64,000 nt of DNA from Azolla caroliniana (Eukaryota > Plantae > Polypodiophyta). This document shows positions 59,753-64,000 of this stretch, piece by piece; the stretch's first letter is position 1, and every line of letters begins with the position of its first letter. The stretch spans positions 21,390,001 through 21,454,000 of the forward strand of contig JBHGNT010000001.1 of NCBI GenBank assembly GCA_043228905.1, read 5' to 3'. The position numbers and the translations under genes are program-made. Under the pieces are notes generated by a model. It saw only the letters and a list, made by a program, of their open reading frames with translations, ran no database searches and was not told the DNA's origin.

Positions 59753-60994
59753 TGAGGACCGCACATGGTCACTCCGTTCCGATTCCCGATGAGGGCCACA
59801 CATGGTCGCTCACACCCGTTCGTGTTCCAGTTCTCGGTGAGAACCGCATGGTCGCTCACGCCTGTTCGTGTTCCAATTCTCGGTGAGGACTTCATGATCT
59901 CTCACGCCCGTTCGTGCTCCCAATGAGAACCTCATGGTCGCTCACTCCCATTCGTGTTCCAGTTCCCGATGAGGACTGCATGGTCATTCACTCCCGTTCA
60001 TGTTCTAGTTCCCTGTGAGGGCCACACATGATCGCTCATGCTCATTCGTGTTCGAGTTCCCGGTGAGGTTTGCATGGTGGATCACGCTTGTTAGTGTTCA
60101 AGTTCCCGGTAAGGCCCGCATGGTCGCTCATGCCCGTTTGTGTTCGAGTTCCCGGTGAGGACAGTGTGGTCACTAACGCCCGTTCGTGTTCGAGTTCCTG
60201 GTGAGAGCCACACGATCACTCACTCCCATTCGTGTTCCTATTCCCTATGACGGCCACATGGTCGCTCATGCCCACTTATGTTCCCGATGAGGACCACACA
60301 TGGTCGCACACACCCATTGGGGTTCTAATCTCCGGTGAGGACCGTACATGGTCATTCATGCTCGTCAGTGTTCGAGTCTCTGGTACTGCACATGGTCTCT
60401 CGCATTCATTGGTGTTCAAGTCTCTGAGGAGGACAACATATGCTTCCTCATGCCCCTCATTGCTCCAATCCCCGTCCACCCCTACACCACGCTTTCGAAA
60501 AGGCGGTTGTAAAGGGGAGGATAATGTCACGACACAGTGACGTCAAATACGTAGTTAGTGAAGATTGAACCTGTAACCTCACATCTACAAGACATCATGC
60601 TCAACCATCTAGATAAGATCATGTATAATATAGTAAAGTATTTTATTGTATATTCTAGTATATATACATTCTAGAATATTCTAGAGCCTTTAGTGTATTC
60701 TAGAAATATTCTATGGTGTATTCTAGACGGGTATATTCTAGAGATATTTGTCAAGTATATTCTAGAGATACTGAATCTCAGAACTTGTATAAATACTTGT
60801 AACCTCCTTGATCCCTTTCAAGGGATTCAACGTCAGTCATTGACATATCAATCTAGTATTCTTGTTCCATTCCATCTTGTCTCATTCTTCATCTCTGTCT
60901 TCATGCTCTTGTGTCATTCCCAGCTTCTCAAGTTCTACGCTCTTAGACCCATCATCCTTGCTCCGTCCGAATCCGCGGTTGGTGTGTTGTGACA
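59725..60994 (+). mobile_element. Tandem non-coding LTR array, right part (minisatellite, PPT, LTR 60525-60994)
   Basis: Same minisatellite and LTR family as 31948-37040; LTR TGTCAC..GTGACA. Confidence 0.88.
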
Positions 60995-61419
60995 ATGACA
61001 AAGTCTGGGAGGAATACAAGACATGTGTCAAAGGAACCATTAGATTTATGTGTAGCTTGTCAAATTGTTTCTATTCTTTTGTCGAATGCATCAAGTAACA
61101 CAAATGTAAACTTGTGAAATGAAAGAGTTGCTACAACCTCAAGAGAAATGTTCTGTGCAAATGTTGTTACACTATTTTTTCATCCCGTGTTGACAGCCAT
61201 TTCAGATGCAAATGAAGATGCTAATAGAGAGTATGCTATCAAGTTGTTATTACCTTCACTTTTGAGAGCTATTAAAAGGCTGAGTCCAAGTAGCATGAAG
61301 GGATTAGAGAACCCATTATAGAAGGAATTATTAGAGACCTTAAGGCTTTTATTTTCTCAAGACTATTTGCAAAAGCAAGACCTATATTTTCTGTAGAGCT
61401 TCTTTTTCATCCATTATCT

Positions 61420-64000
61420 GAGTGTCTCGACTGCTTGGTCGGAAAGCATAACAGAGCTACATTCCAGTCAAGACCACCAAGGAGAAGAGAAATTGCACTG
61501 GAACTAGTACACACAAATGTGTGCTACGTAGATGCCCCATCACATCGAGGTGGACAGTACTTCGTAACGTTCATTGACGACTACAATCGGAAGTTGTGGG
61601 CTTTCATACTAAAGTGAAAGAACCAAGTATTTTCATTCTTCAAGGAGTTCTAGGCTAGAGTTGAAAGTGAGTCGGGTCGGAAGTTGAAGGTTTTCTGAAC
61701 CGACAATGGTGGCAAATATAGAGAGCATTTTGAAGAATATTGTAAGGCCCAAGGTATTCGAATCGCATACATAGTGCCGAAGACCCCTGAGTTGATTGGG
61801 CTTGCAGAGAGGATGAATCAGATAATTATAGAGAGCGTAAAGAACATGTTGTCGCATGCAAAGCTGCCGAAATCGTATTGGGTTGAGGTGATGTGAATGG
61901 TTGTTTATCTGATTAACAGATCTTCCTCTGTACCATTGAAAGGTGATGTCCCAAAGAGGGTGTGGACTGGAAGGATGTCTCTTACCGACACCTGAGGGTG
62001 TTTGGATGTTTGGTGTATATGCATGTGTCTAAGGATCAGAGCCCGAAGCTCGACAGTGAGTCGAGACTCGAAACCATGCATATTCCTGGGGTACTCAGAG
62101 GATGAGTTCGGCTACAAGTTGTGGGACTTAGTCGACAAGAAGGTAGTGAGAAGTCAGGACATAGTCTTCTTGGAAGACAAGACGATCGAGGACTAGAAAC
62201 AACAAAAGTGGGAATTGACTTACCAGTTGACTCCCACTACCACCGAATTAAGAACAGTCGAACCGACACAGTCGACTATTCGGAGATAGCCAATCGGCAT
62301 AGTCGAATCCAAGTCGGTCGACTCAGAGCAACCGACCAATACATATGAGTCGGAGTCTACAGAACCATTGAAGTCGATTGAGGAATACGAGTCGGAGTCG
62401 GCTAACCCTAAGCAACTAATCGACATATATGAACCCAAGGCGAGAGAAGATTCGGCAGAGACATCCGAACCATAGCCAACAACGGGTGGAAGGAGATACC
62501 CACTCAGAGAAAGGAGAGCACCGACTACATATGGCAGTCAATACATCCTCTTGACTAATGAAGGTGAGCCTGAATGCAAGACAAGATGGACTCCTTGCAC
62601 GAAAAGTATACTTACGACTTGGTGGAGCTACCAAAAGGTAAGAGAGCACTCCGGAATAAATGTGTCTACAAAGTGAAAACTGAAGAAGTCAACAGTGCAC
62701 CCCGATATAAACCCCGCATTATGGTGAAGGGATTTCAAGAGAAAATCGGTGTCGACTTTGACGAGATATTCACACTAGTCGTAAAGATGAGATCAATTAG
62801 AACTGTTCTGAGCATAGCTACTAGTATGAATCTAGAGATCGAACAGTTGGATGCCAAAACAACATTCTTGCATGAGGAGCTAGACGAGGAGATCTACATG
62901 CAGTAGCACGAAGGCTTTGAGGACAAAGGAAAAGATAACCTAGTGTGTCGGCTGAAGAAAAGTTTGTATGGTTTGAAACAAGCTCCACACCAATGGTACA
63001 AGCAGTTCAAATCCTTCATGCTAGAACACGAGTTCCACAAAACACGGGCAGATCACTGTGTGTTTGTCAAAAGGTATGATGAAGGTGACTTCTTGATTCT
63101 CTTATTATATGTGGATGACATGTTGATAGATGGACAAGAAACGAAGAGGATCGTGAGCTTGAAGAAAGCATTGGGCAAGTCGCTTTCCATGAAAGATCTT
63201 GGATTGGCCAAATAGATTTTGGGGATGTAGATAGTTCGGGACAGAACTAAGAAAGTGTTATGGGTGTCACAAGAGAAGTATGTGACAAAGGTCCTAGAAA
63301 GATTTAACATGTCAGAAGCAAAGTCGGTCGGTTCTCATTGCCGACAAACGGCAAGATGAATGTTAAGTAATGCCCGAGGAGGGAGAAGCAAAAGGGTTGA
63401 GATGAGGAAGTTATTGTATGCCTCGGCCATCGGCAATTTGATGTATGTTATGGTTTTGTACGAGACCAGACATAGCATTTGTTGTGGGGGCATTAAGCTG
63501 CTACATGAGTAATCCAGTCACAGAACATTGAGCAAGAGTGAAGTGGATACCGGGCTACTTAAAAGGCACCTTGGGGGTGTGCCTCAGGTATGGTGTCGGA
63601 AAACCTATGCTCGAAGGTTTTACTGACTCTGACATGTCCAAGAATGTAGACTCAAGCTGATCCACATTAGGTTATGTGATGACCTATGTAGGGGGAGCAA
63701 TGGCATGGCGATCAAGACTGCAGAAGTCTGTGGCCTTGTCGACCACAGGGGCAGAGTATATGGCCGTGGTAGAGGCCGGCAATGAGCTGATTTGGATGAA
63801 GAATTTCCTTAGTGAACTAGGAATGAAGCAAGAGAGATTCCTACTTCACTATGATCATCAGAATGCCATACATCTAGCCAAGAACGTTGCATACCACTCC
63901 TGAACCAATCATATACAGAGGAGGTATCACTTGTTGCGGAAGAAAGTGCACAAGGGGGAGTTTACCCTTGGGAAGATCCATACTCACGACAATGGATCCG
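61420..64000 (+). pseudogene. Degenerate Ty1/copia INT-RT-RNaseH (Tork-like), runs off window
   Basis: [31 protein letters not shown] and SVALSTTGAEY, with many stops. Confidence 0.9.

Noticed and set aside
59022-59792. 233-aa ORF with an internal repeat
   Set aside because: Artefact of the 378-bp duplication (a multiple of three) of LTR sequence.
60995-61420. Possible host exon or DNA-transposon remnant
   Set aside because: AT-rich, with no convincing ORF, motif or terminal repeat recognisable by eye.

Overview
This is a 64-kb block made entirely of nested, mostly decayed retroelements, with no recognisable host gene. The host is probably a non-seed land plant, most likely a fern (inference from the 5S-like sequence, a Tcn1-like chromovirus and plant tRNA PBS motifs). 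It holds at least seven Ty1/copia copies or fragments, a Tcn1-like chromovirus, three Tat/Ogre-like (tRNA-Arg PBS) remnants, and a fungal (Ylt1)-like gypsy with a tRNA-Trp PBS and 4-bp TSD together with its non-autonomous partner. It also has a five-LTR tandem array of self-priming non-coding elements, two clear inversions, one probable inversion and several deletions. The most unusual object is a 3.3-kb insertion (6743-10020, minus strand) placed without a TSD into a copia RT. It has an uninterrupted Penelope-like RT ORF with no C-terminal endonuclease, then a minimal hammerhead ribozyme, then about 2.3 tandem copies of a structured ~420-bp unit carrying a 5S rRNA internal promoter and an AAACCCTAAA telomere-template-like motif exactly at the 3' junction. 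All calls were made by eye, and no database searches were run.
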